Below are positions 28,017 to 41,920 of a stretch of 64,000 nucleotides of DNA, one piece after another. Numbering within the stretch: position 1 is the stretch's first letter; every line of letters begins with the position of its first letter. Made by a program: the position numbers and the translations under genes. This DNA is from Octopus sinensis (Eukaryota), in assembly GCF_006345805.1 (NCBI RefSeq), contig NC_043006.1:49724001-49788000 (forward strand). Reading direction: 5' to 3'. Under the pieces are notes generated by a model. It saw only the letters and a list, made by a program, of their open reading frames with translations, had not been told where the DNA came from and did not search any database.

Positions 28017-29274
28017 CATTTGCTGTCAACACCCGTTAAAAGAAGGGCTGGGCATGCTGTGGTTGATGATGCGCAGACACGCGCTGAGACTGCGACATCT
28101 CCAACTCTATGTACACGACGGTGAAAAGGTGTGGTCGCCGTTTGTGAGGCACGCCTTCCCGCAGCTCGTCTCCATGACCGAACTGCAGTCGTGGATCAAA
28201 AAGAGACCGAGGAAGGGCGAATGGCACCGCGAGTGTCGCGTTGCTCTCAAGCAACTATGCCGTCCCGGGTCGACCATGAGTAACTTCAACACAACCAAAG
28301 CATTCTATAGGGAATTAGTGGAGGGGAGGTACGACGACGATCTTGGGGCGAACCTGGGCGTCGACGAGGAATATCTGACCCGCCTGTTTGAGACGACTTT
28401 CAGGCCGGGACCTATGGACAACTTCCAGAGATCCCTGGCCTGGCAGTGCTACCGAGAAGCGCTACCCGTTCGAGATAAGCTCTATAGGCATGGCTCGAGA
28501 AACACGGGGCCGACCTGCCCGAGATGCGATCAGAGCAACGAAACCGTTCTGTACGCAATCGTTGATTTTTTATTGTTCTGCACGCAATCGTGCAGTGTCC
28601 AACAATCTCCGACCTGTGGGCTTATGTCGAACGACTGCTGTCACGTGTAGGACATGTCGGTTTATCAGCCGAGTCTATTGTTAATATCGTCACGCCTCCT
28701 TCCTTCATACTTGTGGCTATGGCGAAAGAATGTATCTGGTGGACGCGCCTGAAAGGATTAGAGAAAACACTTTCCTCTCTGGTCAATCTCTCATCAACTT
28801 CTTCAAGTATCACTTGAAAAGGAATGTGAGAGTAGAGAGGCAAGTTTTGTCTAGTGAATGTTTTAAAAAAGATGGGTGAATGTGGCAAGGATGGCACGTA
28901 TGAATGACGAAGCCACCTTGAGTATGATCCTATGAACGGTAAAATTTAATACAGAGAGTTAGTTATTTGTAAAAAAAATATAACATGTGACTTCATTGAC
29001 CGATGTTACCGTGGTCTTTTCCATAGGCTTTTCTTTCCACGGGCAAACCTCACTTGTCTTCCTCTTTACACTTTACATTGACATTTCTGTGATAACGATC
29101 CCTATTGATCGATTTTTTCTTTTTCCTTTTATTTTTATTCCCCCACCCCTTTAATTTTTTTTTACGATCCCTTTTGATCGAAAACCAACCCCCCTTTTTT
29201 ATCCCCCCCAAGAAAAGTTCTAGCTTGTAATTTGTCCCGTCTGTGTGCAGCCCTGTGTGGCTAATAAAGAAGCA

Positions 29275-29275
<1 letters not shown>
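28017..29275 (+). mobile_element. 5'-truncated Tx1/L1-clade LINE (zf-RVT C-terminus plus 3' UTR) inside (TATC)n
   Basis: EGLGM, TKAFYREL, LAWQCYREALPVRDKL, CPRC..SNETVLYA..C; AATAAA at ~29263; (TATC)n at 27957-28016 and 29276-29356. Confidence 0.85.
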
Positions 29276-29357
<82 letters not shown>

Positions 29358-29656
29358 TTAACAGTTCCACAACAAGTCTTCTCATTTCGTAGAAAGAAAA
29401 GCAGCGAAACGAAGGAAATATCGTCATTTACATGGAACAAAAATAAAATCACAGATGCAAAAATGAAACAAACACTTAATACTACATACATACATACATA
29501 CATACATACATACATACATACATACATACATACATACATACATGCATGCATACATACATAGTTAATCCAAACAAGAAAGCACAAAAAAAGCACAACGCGA
29601 GGACGTGGAACAAATATAGTATTATTGGACGCTCAGGAAATAAGGAAAGAAGGAGG

Positions 29657-29691
29657 GTTTAACGTTTCGAGCGGAGCTCTTTGTCGGAAAC
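29657..29691 (-). ncRNA. Minimal hammerhead-like motif (degenerate core)
   Basis: GTTT-CCGACAA-A-GAGC(TCC)GCTC-GAAAC-GTT-AAAC: stems intact, core deviates from CUGANGA. Confidence 0.5.
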
Positions 29692-29922
29692 ATAGGAGAA
29701 GGAAAGATCCAGAGAAGGGAAGACAGAGGAAAAAAATCGCCAACGGTACACAGATATAGATTACAAGTTCATCTGTAATTATTGGGTCAGAAAAGCCTTT
29801 GTGAGAGAAAATATCGAAGGTTGTCCGTGATCGAAACCACATCTTCCGTAAACATGAGAGAAGTTCTGCGATTGGACCAAAGCAAGCCCTCAAATCTCTT
29901 TGCGCAATTTAGTAACTTTATT

Positions 29923-30370
29923 GGATCTTTTCGGTTTGAACGCCAGTTTTTAACATAATTTCTAGGTAACTAAAAAATTTAAAACTTCGTATACTGGTAG
30001 ACTGTGGTTTATAAAACATCTTTTTCTCTTGGCTTATTGAGAAAATTCTATAGATTGTAAGATATTGTTGTTTTTTTCTTCAATTTCTGCAATTTCAACC
30101 AATCATTACGTCTATTGAGGTTAAAAAAACATTCTGTGCCGTATGAATATGTCCCTAGTTTAAGAAACAGATTGGGTTTATTTACATTTGTGAAGAAAAC
30201 AAGATACCCTTCTCCCCACCCCAAACCCTAACCCTAAACCTAACTAACCCTAGCTAACCCTAACCCTAAAACAGATTGAAATGCAACAGATCGATATTAG
30301 GGTCATAATTATGGGTGGCAATTTCATATGACACCGCTAGAAAAAACTGCCGTTCAAACCGAAAAGATCC
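29923..30370. mobile_element. MITE with GG-ended TIRs and 8-bp TSD (Merlin-like by termini)
   Basis: TIR GGATCTTTTCGGTTTGAACG(C/G)CAGTTTTT; TSD ACTTTATT at 29915-29922 and 30371-30378; internal CCCTAA-type repeats. Confidence 0.9.
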
Positions 30371-30607
30371 ACTTTATTCTTACCATCGGGAGTTGCATGT
30401 TGTTGATGTCACAAGAATTAAGAAACTTCATCAAATTGTGTTTGTTATAATATTTCATCTTTTATTGTTTTACCCAACATAAGAACAAGTATTGAATTGA
30501 AATTTCTTTTCTCGTGTATAATATATAACGTGATATAGTATAATATCATACAATAAATACACTATATACATATTAAGTAATATAATATGATATATATATA
30601 ATATATA

Positions 30608-30657
<50 letters not shown>

Positions 30658-31148
30658 TTACTCATACACACATATACATGTATGTGCGTATGTAAATGTG
30701 CGTATCTGTACACATTCCGGCAACTACTCAACAACGCCCCATACACACACGTACGTACACAACACGCATGCACACACATGCGCGCACGCGCACACATAAT
30801 TATAAGTTAGTAAACCAGATTATTTTATCGTGGCTAACTGTTTTGTCCGATTGACTTTACAGACAACTGCTCTGATAAGATAGTTCAAATTACTGAAAAA
30901 TGCTGTCGGCGCGCCGATTTTGACGATAAAGGAAATAGCAAAACCTAATAAGAATCATAATTACCATTTCTTAAAATTTTTCATTATATTCAGTTGATTG
31001 ACGAATACAGCTGAATAGAAATTAAATTATGGGAGTTATTCTCATAAAACTAAAACATAGTTTAACAACATGTAATTGTAACAGACTTACATTTCTAAAA
31101 TATGCTGAGTACTGAGCTCGTTTTAAATCTTTGTAAGTAGACTAACAG

Positions 31149-31225
<77 letters not shown>

Positions 31226-31232
31226 TATATAT

Positions 31233-31297
<65 letters not shown>

Positions 31298-31582
31298 CAG
31301 ATAGATAGATATAGATAGATAGATAGATAGATAGATACATACACACAACACACACACACACATATATATAGACAGATTGATGGATAGATAGATATAGAGA
31401 GATACGTACATGCACACACACGCACATATATACATAAATATACACATGTATGTGTGTATATATATATACGCGTGTGTGTGTGTGTGTGTGCATGTGTGTG
31501 CGTGTATGTATATTTTTAGGTAGTATATATATATGTGATATATATATATATATAATATATACATATAAATATAGATAGATTG

Positions 31583-31615
<33 letters not shown>

Positions 31616-31794
31616 AATATATATATATATAGCTATATATCAAGGCAAAGGGTCTATATATGCAACGCATATCTTACAGGACAAGGTAGAAAATTCGAAA
31701 ATAATACTAAAATCATGAAGAACCCTATTTTCCTTATACGTATCAACTCGTGTGTTACTTTTCAACATTTTATACACATATATATATATATATA

Positions 31795-32125
31795 AAGTAA
31801 AGACCCCTTCGGTCATGATGACCATGGGATTGCACCTAGAAAGTTACCCTCCTAGACACAAGTCGGGCAAGGTTGTTTATGGAAGACCAGCAGTCGCCCA
31901 TGCATACCAGCCTCCCCTCTCCACGCCACCAGTGTTATCCAAGGGAAAGACAAAGGTCGATACATCTTGGCACCAGTGATGTTGCAACTCATTTCTACAG
32001 CTGAGTGAACTGGAGCAACGTGAAAATAAAGTGCCTTGCTCAAGAACACAACACGCAGCCAGTCCGGGATTCGAGCTCACCACCTCACGATCGTAAGCTC
32101 GACGCTCTAACCAATGGCCATGCGC
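31795..32125 (-). mobile_element. tRNA-derived SINE
   Basis: Head GCGCATGGCCATTGGTTAGAGCG...GAGCTCGAATCCC, then TTGAGCAAGGCACTTT core; related copy at 38164-38410. Confidence 0.75.
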
Positions 32126-32133
32126 AGGCCTTA

Positions 32134-32245
<112 letters not shown>

Positions 32246-32255
32246 TATATATATA

Positions 32256-32316
<61 letters not shown>

Positions 32317-32650
32317 TATATATATATATATACATGCATTTATATATACACACACATCACACACACACACAAACACACACACGACGGCTTTTTTCAGTTT
32401 CCCTCTACCAAGTTCACTTACAAAGTTTTAGTCGGACCAAGACTATAGTAGAAGACACTAATGAAAGACCGGATCTGGAACCACGTCGTTGAGAATCAAA
32501 CTTTCCACCACACAACCACGCTTGCTTTCTAAAAAGATTTAACCAAGGGAGGGAGTACTTTTGATCCCTTCTTGAGACCTGAATTCAATCATATGACCCC
32601 AGAGTTTTCTCGACTGTTTCACACATAGAGCGAAAAGAGGAAACTGGCAA

Positions 32651-32688
<38 letters not shown>

Positions 32689-32703
32689 CGTGCGTGTGTG
32701 TGT

Positions 32704-32764
<61 letters not shown>

Positions 32765-33523
32765 ATGATTAAGGAGTAAAGCTTTTACCCATTCGTTCAT
32801 GCCAATGCTTTAAAATCTAATTAAGAAATGTTATGTAAAACAGTAAACTAACAACCAAATCATTTATTAGCATAAAGCTTCGATTCATTTTAAAAGATTA
32901 TAACCTAATAAAATTTCTCATGCTTTCCAGTCACCGCCAAAATGGCAAAAGGGTCGATTAGTTCAGTTTTCTCTATTTTCAATAACTTTGAAATAGATAA
33001 GAAGAATTTCATCCTTCTCGGAAAAGAGAAACCTAAGCTTAAGCTGAAAATCTAAACCGAAGTGGGCAGCAAGTAACGTCATCATTATTTTAATTGAAAG
33101 TATTATGAATAGTCTGAGTGAATGACGAGATGACCCACTCCGAACTAATTTTTCTGTTTCCCATGTTTGTTAGTTTGTCAGTATAAATACACATTTTCTC
33201 AGTTACGGGGACGTAAACACACCAGCATCGGTTGTCAAGTGATGCTGGGTGAAGAAACACACACACACACGCACACACACACATACACGCACACACACAC
33301 ACACACACACATATTTATACATATACATATATAAGACGAGCTTCTTTCAGTTTCGGTCTACCAAATCCACTTACAAGGCTTTGGTCAGCCCGAGGCTATA
33401 GTAGAAGACACTTGCTCAAGGTGCTATGCAGTGGGACTGAACCCGGAACCATGTGGTCGGAAGCAAGCTACTTACCACACAGCCACTCTACGCCTATATA
33501 TATATATATATAATATATATAAT

Positions 33524-33600
<77 letters not shown>

Positions 33601-33694
33601 GTATATAGGGAGAGTTTACGAAAAAAACAAAGACGAAGACAGGTGGTGTACAAAACAAACATGTATTAGTATAACGCTCAGGAATAGAAAAAGT

Positions 33695-33730
33695 CTTTTA
33701 CGTTTCTAGCCTACGCTATTCGACAGAAAG
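33695..33730 (-). ncRNA. Minimal hammerhead-like motif
   Basis: CTTT-CTGTCGA-A-TAGC(GTAG)GCTA-GAAAC-GTA-AAAG; GUA triplet; core position A6 is T. Confidence 0.55.
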
Positions 33731-33798
33731 GGACACAGAAAAAACAAGGAGAGAAAAAATGTGTGTAGTGGCTAACGATCTATCATGGCGACATATAT

Positions 33799-33830
<32 letters not shown>

Positions 33831-33862
33831 CACACACACACACACACACATATATATATACA

Positions 33863-34574
33863 TATAGACAGGCGAATTCGTATCTCCCTCCAAAATTACC
33901 ACGTGAGTTACAAAAACATTACCAACGAAACGAAGTTTCGCAGATTCATTGTATGGGAGTAAATAGTATTCAATACACATAAAGGGTGAAATATAATTAA
34001 TTTTATAAATTTTATAAATTTCACCTAGAAGATTTTCTGTATGGAAATGACCATATTTGGTAAGAATTATATTAATTATAATAAAGGGTTAATTGCAACA
34101 AGTTGCTCAAAACCACATACCGAAAATATTAGAAATAGTAGCCAAATAGATCACTATTTCTACTACTAGTAAAAAAGTCTCCACAAACAAACAGAATTTG
34201 TAACCCGTATATGGTAAAGAGAAAGAAGACAACGAAATCCCAGCCTATTGGATTAATTATAGACGAATCCGTTTCTGGATTAGAACCGAAAGTTCGTTTC
34301 GTTGGTAATGTTTTTGTAACTCACGTGGTAATTTTGGAGGGAGATAAGAATTCGCCTGTCTATATAAATGTAAAGATGCGGATTCGTCTATAATTAATCC
34401 AATAGGCTGGGATTTCGTTGTCTTCTTTCTCTTTACCATATACGGGTTACAAATTCTGTTTGTTTGTGGAGAATTTGTTACTAGTAGTAGAAATAGTGAT
34501 CTATTTGGCTGCTATTTGTAATATTTTCGGTATGTGGTTTTGAGCAACTTGTTGTAATTAACCCTTTATTATAA

Positions 34575-34579
<5 letters not shown>
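33863..34579. repeat. Interleaved inverted repeats in (TA)n (pLTR-like)
   Basis: 34071-34271 is inverted at 34379-34579; 33863-33940 is inverted at 34287-34365. Confidence 0.9.
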
Positions 34580-34605
<26 letters not shown>

Positions 34606-34610
<5 letters not shown>

Positions 34611-35476
34611 AATAAATGTTTTATATATAAAGAGCGTGAAATACAGGAAGGGACAAACACGGAACACAGACAAATCATTCGAAGCCTTCAATCTTCAGTC
34701 AGACACCGAATCATCATAGCAAATTTCGGCTGTTCAATTCTGATATTTGCTCCAACTCGGCCAGCCCCAAGAAAAAAACTAAGCTGTAAGCATTAGATTT
34801 CTTGGTAGAAGACAGGAATGTGAACGCACGAGACGGATGTAAATACGAGAGACGAAAACGAAATTGAAAACTGTAACGGTTAAACAAAATATAATATAAC
34901 GGTGGTTGTCAATACGACTTTAGACCAAATGAGACAAAACAACAACATAGCAGCAGGGGCGTAGAAATAATTACCTTTTCGGTAAATGGGACAAATACAG
35001 ATGTTAGCGAGATACCGATCGCCAACGAAATGGTGGAGAAGCAGCAGGTTGCAGGGGAGAGAGAGAAAGAGAGACAAGAGAAGAGGGAATCAAAGAGGGT
35101 GGAAGGCAGGGGACAGAATCAGTCAGAGACCGAGAGAAAAAGAGAGAAAAGGGATTGAGGAGGATGGGAGGAAGAGGGGGGAAGAAAAAAAAGGGCGCCA
35201 AAATAGTTTGGTCAAGAAGCAATGCGGGTAGGAAGAGAAGTATATAGAAGTCGTGCAGGGTTTAAAATTAGATAAACAAACGGGGGGGGGGGTGCACGTA
35301 ACACCGCCAGTAATATAAGAATAAATGTTTTATATATAAAGAACGTGAAATACAGGAAGGGACAAACACGGAACACAGACAATCATTCGAAGCCTTCAAT
35401 CTTCTTCAGTCAGACACCGAATCATCAAGAGCAAATTTCGGCTGTTCAATTCTGATATTTGCCTCCAACTCGGCCA
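34606..35476. repeat. ~155-bp direct repeats bracketing a purine-rich spacer (pLTR-like)
   Basis: 34606-34763 is nearly identical to 35316-35476; both outer ends abut (TA)n. Confidence 0.8.
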
Positions 35477-35477
35477 T

Positions 35478-35529
<52 letters not shown>

Positions 35530-35560
35530 CATACATACATACTCATACAACATACATACA

Positions 35561-35596
<36 letters not shown>

Positions 35597-37564
35597 TATA
35601 TATAGATATATATAATACAGTGGAGTATAAATTCGAGATATCCCCAAAACACATCGACGTTGTCATAGCCTTAGTTAATTTTATGTATTTTATCTTTTTT
35701 TATTGAACATCTTGTGATGTATACCACCAGTTTTAAGTGAATTTTAAGTACATCTGTGCGGGTTGTCTCTTTCTCTCTCGCTCTCTGTCTATCTATTTAA
35801 TTGTCTATCTATCTATCAATCTACCTACCTACCTACCTACCTACCTACGTACATACATACATACCTAACTACTTACCTATCTTTCCAACTGGCTAGCTAT
35901 GTATCTAGTCATCCCTCTGCCTGTATCTATGTATATATGTGTGGGACAGTATATATATATATATATTATCTTGACCTTTTTCGTTTTGCCAAATTTCTTG
36001 TGATTTTAAATCTTTAATATGGTCTTCTTTCAGAATATTATGTTGATCGTGTATAACTTTATTTTTCCAGTAACGGAAGTGAATCATGTCGACGCCTCAT
36101 TCTAAGTGCATGAAGGTTGAATGTTTCTGTAAATCTATCATTATACTTGTTATGCTTTCTTTAATTCTACACTCTTATTTTCTTCATAACTTCCCGCTTG
36201 ATTAAACAAATGTTTGTGTGTAAAGATAGCTGGAACTCTTTCTAGAGCTACTACCATTTATACAAGATAAATTAATTAATAGAGATATAAAATAGTTAAA
36301 AAACTTTTGTCTCATTTAAATTTCACCATAAATTATTTATAGATCTTAAGTTTCATCACTGAAAGCCTTAAATGTCACATTATGAAATTAGAGGCAATCA
36401 AATATTCTTTGGATTTCGTGCTGGGATTCACAGCTGTCACATCACCCTCTTAACATCTTCTTTTGGCATATAAGTCGGTGAAAGATAATATTCATCTCTA
36501 TTATTAGGTAGATTCAATATTTTATTTTCGTTTTTAGTAAGATTATAGTCACGTTGTACATTAGTATTTGTCACAGAATTCAATTATTAAATCAGTTATT
36601 TCATATGCTTATGGTTCTTTAATCACGTCGTTAGAAATCGTCTTAATATTACAAGGATTACTAATGTCATTAAATCGTGGTTTAAGCTTACTATTGCGTA
36701 CATATATATCTTATTTTCTTACTAATGTTGCTAAAATGAAATTGAAATATTGAATATACCTAACGATGTACAGGTATATACAAGTCTATGAATGAATTCT
36801 GCCGCATATAAAAACAATTTTTAAATCTCATTGACTAAATTTTATTTGCCCCAATATAAATATTAATAACTATTTTACTATAAATTATGATCAAAATACC
36901 ACATGCAACAGAAAATCTAATAACCAATATTATTACTGCAGCAAGAAATATAATTTTATACCATTTATAATAACCCAAGTTTCAAAAGTAATAAAAGTCC
37001 CTATGATATTTCAAATATTGATAATTTCCAATCTATATATACAATACATTTGTGCCTTTCTATAATTCAAATACTAAAGCAAGGAGGGAATATGCCGTCA
37101 TTCATCATAATATTTCATAGAAAAGTAATGGATGAAATGGAAAAGGAATATTACCTGTTGTAACGTTCCATTTGTAAGATCTATAAAAATGGAAATTGCA
37201 TACTTATTCTATAAAATTCTCGGCGACAATTTTCCGCCACAACCTAAAATTACATGAATTTGGTTCGCGTTGATAATATTGCTGTTTAATTCTATTAATG
37301 CTCATTATCTCTTTCTTCTGTTTCCATTGCTACCGTTTCTCATTTTAAACTTTCTTATTATACTACGCCTATTTTAGCATCTATTATAGTAAACGACAGT
37401 CATTTAACCTTATACAAGTATTATATTAATTCCAAGGAGACCAGCAATAACTGTCCCTCTGAATAGATTACTCGTAATCGTGTAGACTATAAATGGTAAC
37501 CGCTACAATGATATATTTATAATGTATACAATAGTATCATATTTATGATAGTACAAATAGAAAT

Positions 37565-39760
37565 TATGGTTTCAAATTTTGGCACAAGGACAGCAAGTTC
37601 AGGGGAGGAGGTAAGTCGATTACATCGACCCCAATGCTCAACTAGTACTTATTCTATTGACCCCGAAGGATGAAAGGCAAAGTCGACCTCAGCGGAATTT
37701 GAACTCAGAATGTAAAAACAGACAAACTACTTAGCAGCATTTTCTCCAGCATACTAACAATTCTACTAGCCCGCTGCTTTAGTACTAATAGTAATAATCC
37801 TTTCTACTAAAGGTACAAGGCCCGAAATTTGGGTAGAGGGGACTAATCGATTACATCGACCCTAGTACGCAACTGGTGCTTAATTTGTCGCCTCAAAAGG
37901 ATGAAAGGTAAAGTCGACTTCGGCGGAATTTGAACTCAGAACGTAAAGATGGACGAAATACTTATCTCTTTACTACCCACAGAAAGGGCAAACAAGGACA
38001 GAAACGGATTAAGTCGATATATATCGACCCCAGTGCGTAACTGGTACTTATTTAATCGACCCCAAAAGGATAAAAGGCAAAGTCGACTTCGGAGGAATTT
38101 GAACTCAGAACGTAGCGGCAGACGAAACACCGCTAAGCATTTCATCTGGTGAGTGCTAATAGTTCCTTCTCGAGCCATGCCAGGCTCATGAGGGCCGATA
38201 TCCTCCAGTTTCAGTGGCGTAGATATTCCCCACCTGGATGGGACGCCGCTCCGTCGCAGGATTACTCATTTTTGCCAGTTAAGTGGACTGAAGTAACGTG
38301 AAATGAAGTGTTTTGCTCAAGAACACAACACACCGCCCGGTCCAGGAATCGAAACCACAACCATACGACCATGAGTTCAACACCCTAACCACTAAGCCAC
38401 GCGCCTCCACGAGTACTAATAGTAATAATACTATAAATGATGGTTTCAAATTTTTGCAGAATCCCAGCAGTTTCGTGGGAGGGGGCAAGTCGATTACATG
38501 AACATGAGTGCTCAACCAGTACTCATTTTATTGACCCGAAAGGATGAAATGTAAAGTTGATCTCGGAAGAATTTGAACTCAAAATGTAACTGGCAATGAC
38601 CAGCAATTTCAGGGGATGAGATAGGTCGATTACAACGATCCCAATGTTCAACTGATACTTATTTCATCGATCCGAAAGGATGAAAGGCGGAATTTGAACT
38701 CAGAATGCTTGATGGACAAAATGCTACTTAGCAATTTTCCCGGTGTATCAATGATTCCACCAGCTTGCCGCATTGCAACTGTAACTATATTAGTTTCGAA
38801 GTTTGGCACAACGCCATCAATTTCAGGAGAGGGAATAAGTCGATTACATCACCCACCCCCCGCCAATACTTAACTGGTACTTATTTTATCGACTCCAAAG
38901 TTGACCTCGGTAAAATTTGAACAGCTGTAATAAAATTGATAATGATAACAAGTTGGGTTGTAGTAACGATTGTAATAATCCTTCTACTGGAGGCACAAGG
39001 TCTCATATTTGTGGAGTTGGGACTTGTAGATTATATCGACCCCAGCGTTTCACTGGTACTCATTTTATCGACCTCGAAAGGATGAAAAGCAAAGTCGACC
39101 TCGGCGAAATTTGGATTCAGAACGTAGCGACGTTCTGAAATACAGCTAAGCATTTCGTCCAGCGCGCTAACGATTCTTCCAGCTCACCGCCTTAGTAACG
39201 ATTATAATAATGATAATAGTTACAATATTAATAATAGAAGTACAAACAATCAAAAGAAAAACGTAGCATAGCTATTTTTTGTACTATTTGTAGAGTAATG
39301 AGAATAAAAGCAAATAATTCTAATAATAAAATTTCTTCTTATATCAATAATAGGAATTTTCAAGGCGGCGAGCTGGCAGAAACGTTAGCACGCCGGGCGA
39401 AATGCTTAGCGGTATTTCGTCTGCCGCTACGTTCTGAGTTCAAATTCCACCAAGGTCGACTTTGCCTTTCATCCTTTCGGGGTCGATTAAATAAGTACCA
39501 GTTACGCCCTGGGGTCGATATATATCGACTTAATCCGTGTGCCTGTCTTTGTTTGTCTTCTCTGTGTTTAGCCCCTTGTGGGTAGTAAAGAGATAAGTAT
39601 TTCGTCTGCCGCTAATTTCTGAATTCAAATTCCACCGAGGTCGACTTTGCCTTTCATCCTTTCGGAGTTGATAAATTAGTACCAGTGGCATACTGGGGTG
39701 GATCTAATCGACTGGCCCCCCTCCCCCAAAATTTGGGACCTTGTGCCTAGAGTAGAAATA
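37565..39760. mobile_element. Dense cluster of about ten full or partial SINEs, partly nested
   Basis: Repeated GAAAGGATGAAAGGCAAAGTCGACCTCGGCGGAATTTGAACTCAG on minus (37565-39195) and plus (39361-39760). One different SINE at 38164-38410 has TSD GAGT(G/A)CTAATAGT. Confidence 0.85.
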
Positions 39761-40386
39761 AATAATAATAATTTTCTACCTCTGCCTTTTTCTTTTCTAA
39801 ACCGTGATACAAATTTATGTAATTGGAGCCTGAGAGAAAATTGGCCTCTTAATAGTCACTGCAACTTAATAATCCCTTCTAATTTGCCAACTACAACGTA
39901 ATAATGAAGCTTATATAATTACTATTTAAAACCCATAATTCTTTTATATTCTGTATTCGTTTCAATTCAAATTTGAAACTAAGATATTAAATACACTTCC
40001 ATAAATATTCTGAAAATACCCTAAAGAGCGCTACATCTCTTGGTAAACATATCTTCAATCTGAAAACAAAGATATTTTCCAACTTCTCTTAACATGGAAC
40101 CAATGATAGCCTTAATTCACAAATAAAGAATATATATATATATATATATATATATTCATAATTAATCAATATAGGGTGGCAAAAGATTTTGTAGAATTTT
40201 TTTGCCACCAGCGGCCTAGTGGGAAAAAATTAAATAGTCATAGACCATTTTAAGTTCAACATCACAATCAAGGAACGGCCATAATAGGCCATTCACCCAC
40301 TAGAAATAACAGCCAAAAGCTTAAACCGCAAAATAACATCAATTCCGTAAACCAGGAGAAAATTAAAAAACATTTACCCTGTAATT

Positions 40387-40487
40387 TCTTATACGATGCA
40401 CCGTTTCATCTACTGTTTAATGGTAAACTAACCTGATTAAATAAATCAAGCCAATCCACACATAGGCTCTTAGATTCATCAGTAAGA
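40387..40487 (-). ncRNA. Type I hammerhead ribozyme, long helix II (array unit 1)
   Basis: TCTTA-CTGATGA-ATCTA...TAGAT-GAAAC-GGTGCATC-GTA-TAAGA. Confidence 0.85.
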
Positions 40488-40875
40488 AATAGCCAAGTCG
40501 GAACAGATATTTTTCACGAGCATTCCCGTCCCTGCCTCGGCAATATCTGACCTAAAATTTTCAAATCATCGCACTCGCGCCAAATTTATCGGCAGCATAT
40601 ATAATATAAGCCGCCGATTCCATTACGGAATTAACCAGAAAATTCATAATTAATCAATATAGGGTGGCAAAATATTTTGTAGAATTTTTTTGCCACCAGC
40701 GGCCTAGTGGGAAAAAATTAAATAGTCATAGACCATTTTTAAGTTCAACATCACAATCAAGGAACGGCCATAATAGGCCATTCACCCACTAGAAATAACA
40801 GCCAAAAGCTTAAACCGCAAAATAACATCAATTCCGTAAACCAGGAGAAAATTAAAAAACATTTACCCTGTAATT

Positions 40876-40976
40876 TCTTATACGATGCACCGTTTCATCT
40901 ACTGTTTAATGGTAAACTAACCTGATTAAATTAAATCAAGCCAATCCACCATAGGCTCTTAGATTCATCAGTAAGA
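40876..40976 (-). ncRNA. Type I hammerhead ribozyme, long helix II (array unit 2)
   Basis: Same motif as unit 1; all core nucleotides intact. Confidence 0.88.
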
Positions 40977-41363
40977 AATAGCCAAGTCGGAACAGATATT
41001 TTTCACGAGGCATTCCCGTCCCTGCCTCGGCAATATCTGACCTAAAATTTTCAAATCATCGCACTCGCGCCAAATTTATCGGCAGCAAATAAATATAAGC
41101 CGCCGATTCCATTACGGAATTAACCAGAAAATTCATAATTAATCAATATAGGGTGGCAAAATATTTTGTAGAATTTTTTTGCCACCAGCGGCCTAGTGGG
41201 AAAAAATTAAATAGTCATAGACCATTTTTAAGTTCAACATCACAATCAAGGAACGGCCATAATAGGCCATTCACCCACTAGAAATAACAGCCAAAAGCTT
41301 AAACCGCAAAATAACATCAATTCCGTAAACCAGGAGAAAATAAAAAACATTTAGCCTGTAATT

Positions 41364-41464
41364 TCTTAATACGATGCACCGTTTCATCTACTGTTTAAGG
41401 GTAAACTACCTGATTAAATTAAATCAAGCCAATCCACCATAGGCCCTTAGATTCATCAGTAAGA
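41364..41464 (-). ncRNA. Type I hammerhead ribozyme (array unit 3)
   Basis: Same motif, with 1-nt indels in stem I and helix II. Confidence 0.75.
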
Positions 41465-41820
41465 AATAGCCAAGTCGGAACAGATATTTTTCACGAGGCA
41501 TTCCCGTCCCTGCCTCGGCAATATCTGACCTAAAATTTTCAAATCATAGCATCGCACTCGCGATGTTGAACTTAAAAATGGTCTATGACTATTTAATTTT
41601 TTCCACTAGCCGCTGGTGGCAAAAAAATTCTACAAAATTTTTGCCACCCTATATTGATTAATTATGAATTTTCTGATTAATTCCGTAATGGAATCGGCGG
41701 CTTATATTATTTGCTGCCGATAAATTTGGCGCGAGTGGCGATGATTGAAAATTTTAGGTCAGATATTGCCGAGGCGGACGGGAATGCCTCGTGAAAAATA
41801 TCTGTTCCGACTTGGCTATT

Positions 41821-41920
41821 TCTTACTGATGAATCTAAGGGCCTATGGTGGATTGGCTTGATTTAATTTAATCAGGTTAGTTTACCATTAAACAGTGATG
41901 AAACGGTGCATCGTATAAGA
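41821..41920 (+). ncRNA. Type I hammerhead ribozyme (inverted unit)
   Basis: TCTTACTGATGAATC...GATGAAACGGTGCATCGTATAAGA read directly on plus. Confidence 0.85.

Noticed and set aside
30220-30269. True telomere or chromosome fusion site
   Set aside because: Short, degenerate and enclosed in a TSD-flanked MITE.
34211-34439. Identical-start ORFs on both strands (MVKRKKTTKSQPIG; likewise MRYLLIPMEE at 7.7-7.9 kb)
   Set aside because: By-products of inverted repeats.
36000-37430. AT-rich non-microsatellite stretch as a host exon or viral remnant
   Set aside because: No long ORF or recognisable motif on either strand.
40154-41561. Tandem array as CRISPR or centromeric satellite
   Set aside because: No short repeat/unique spacer structure; few units, an inverted copy and HHRs indicate a pLTR or retrozyme origin.
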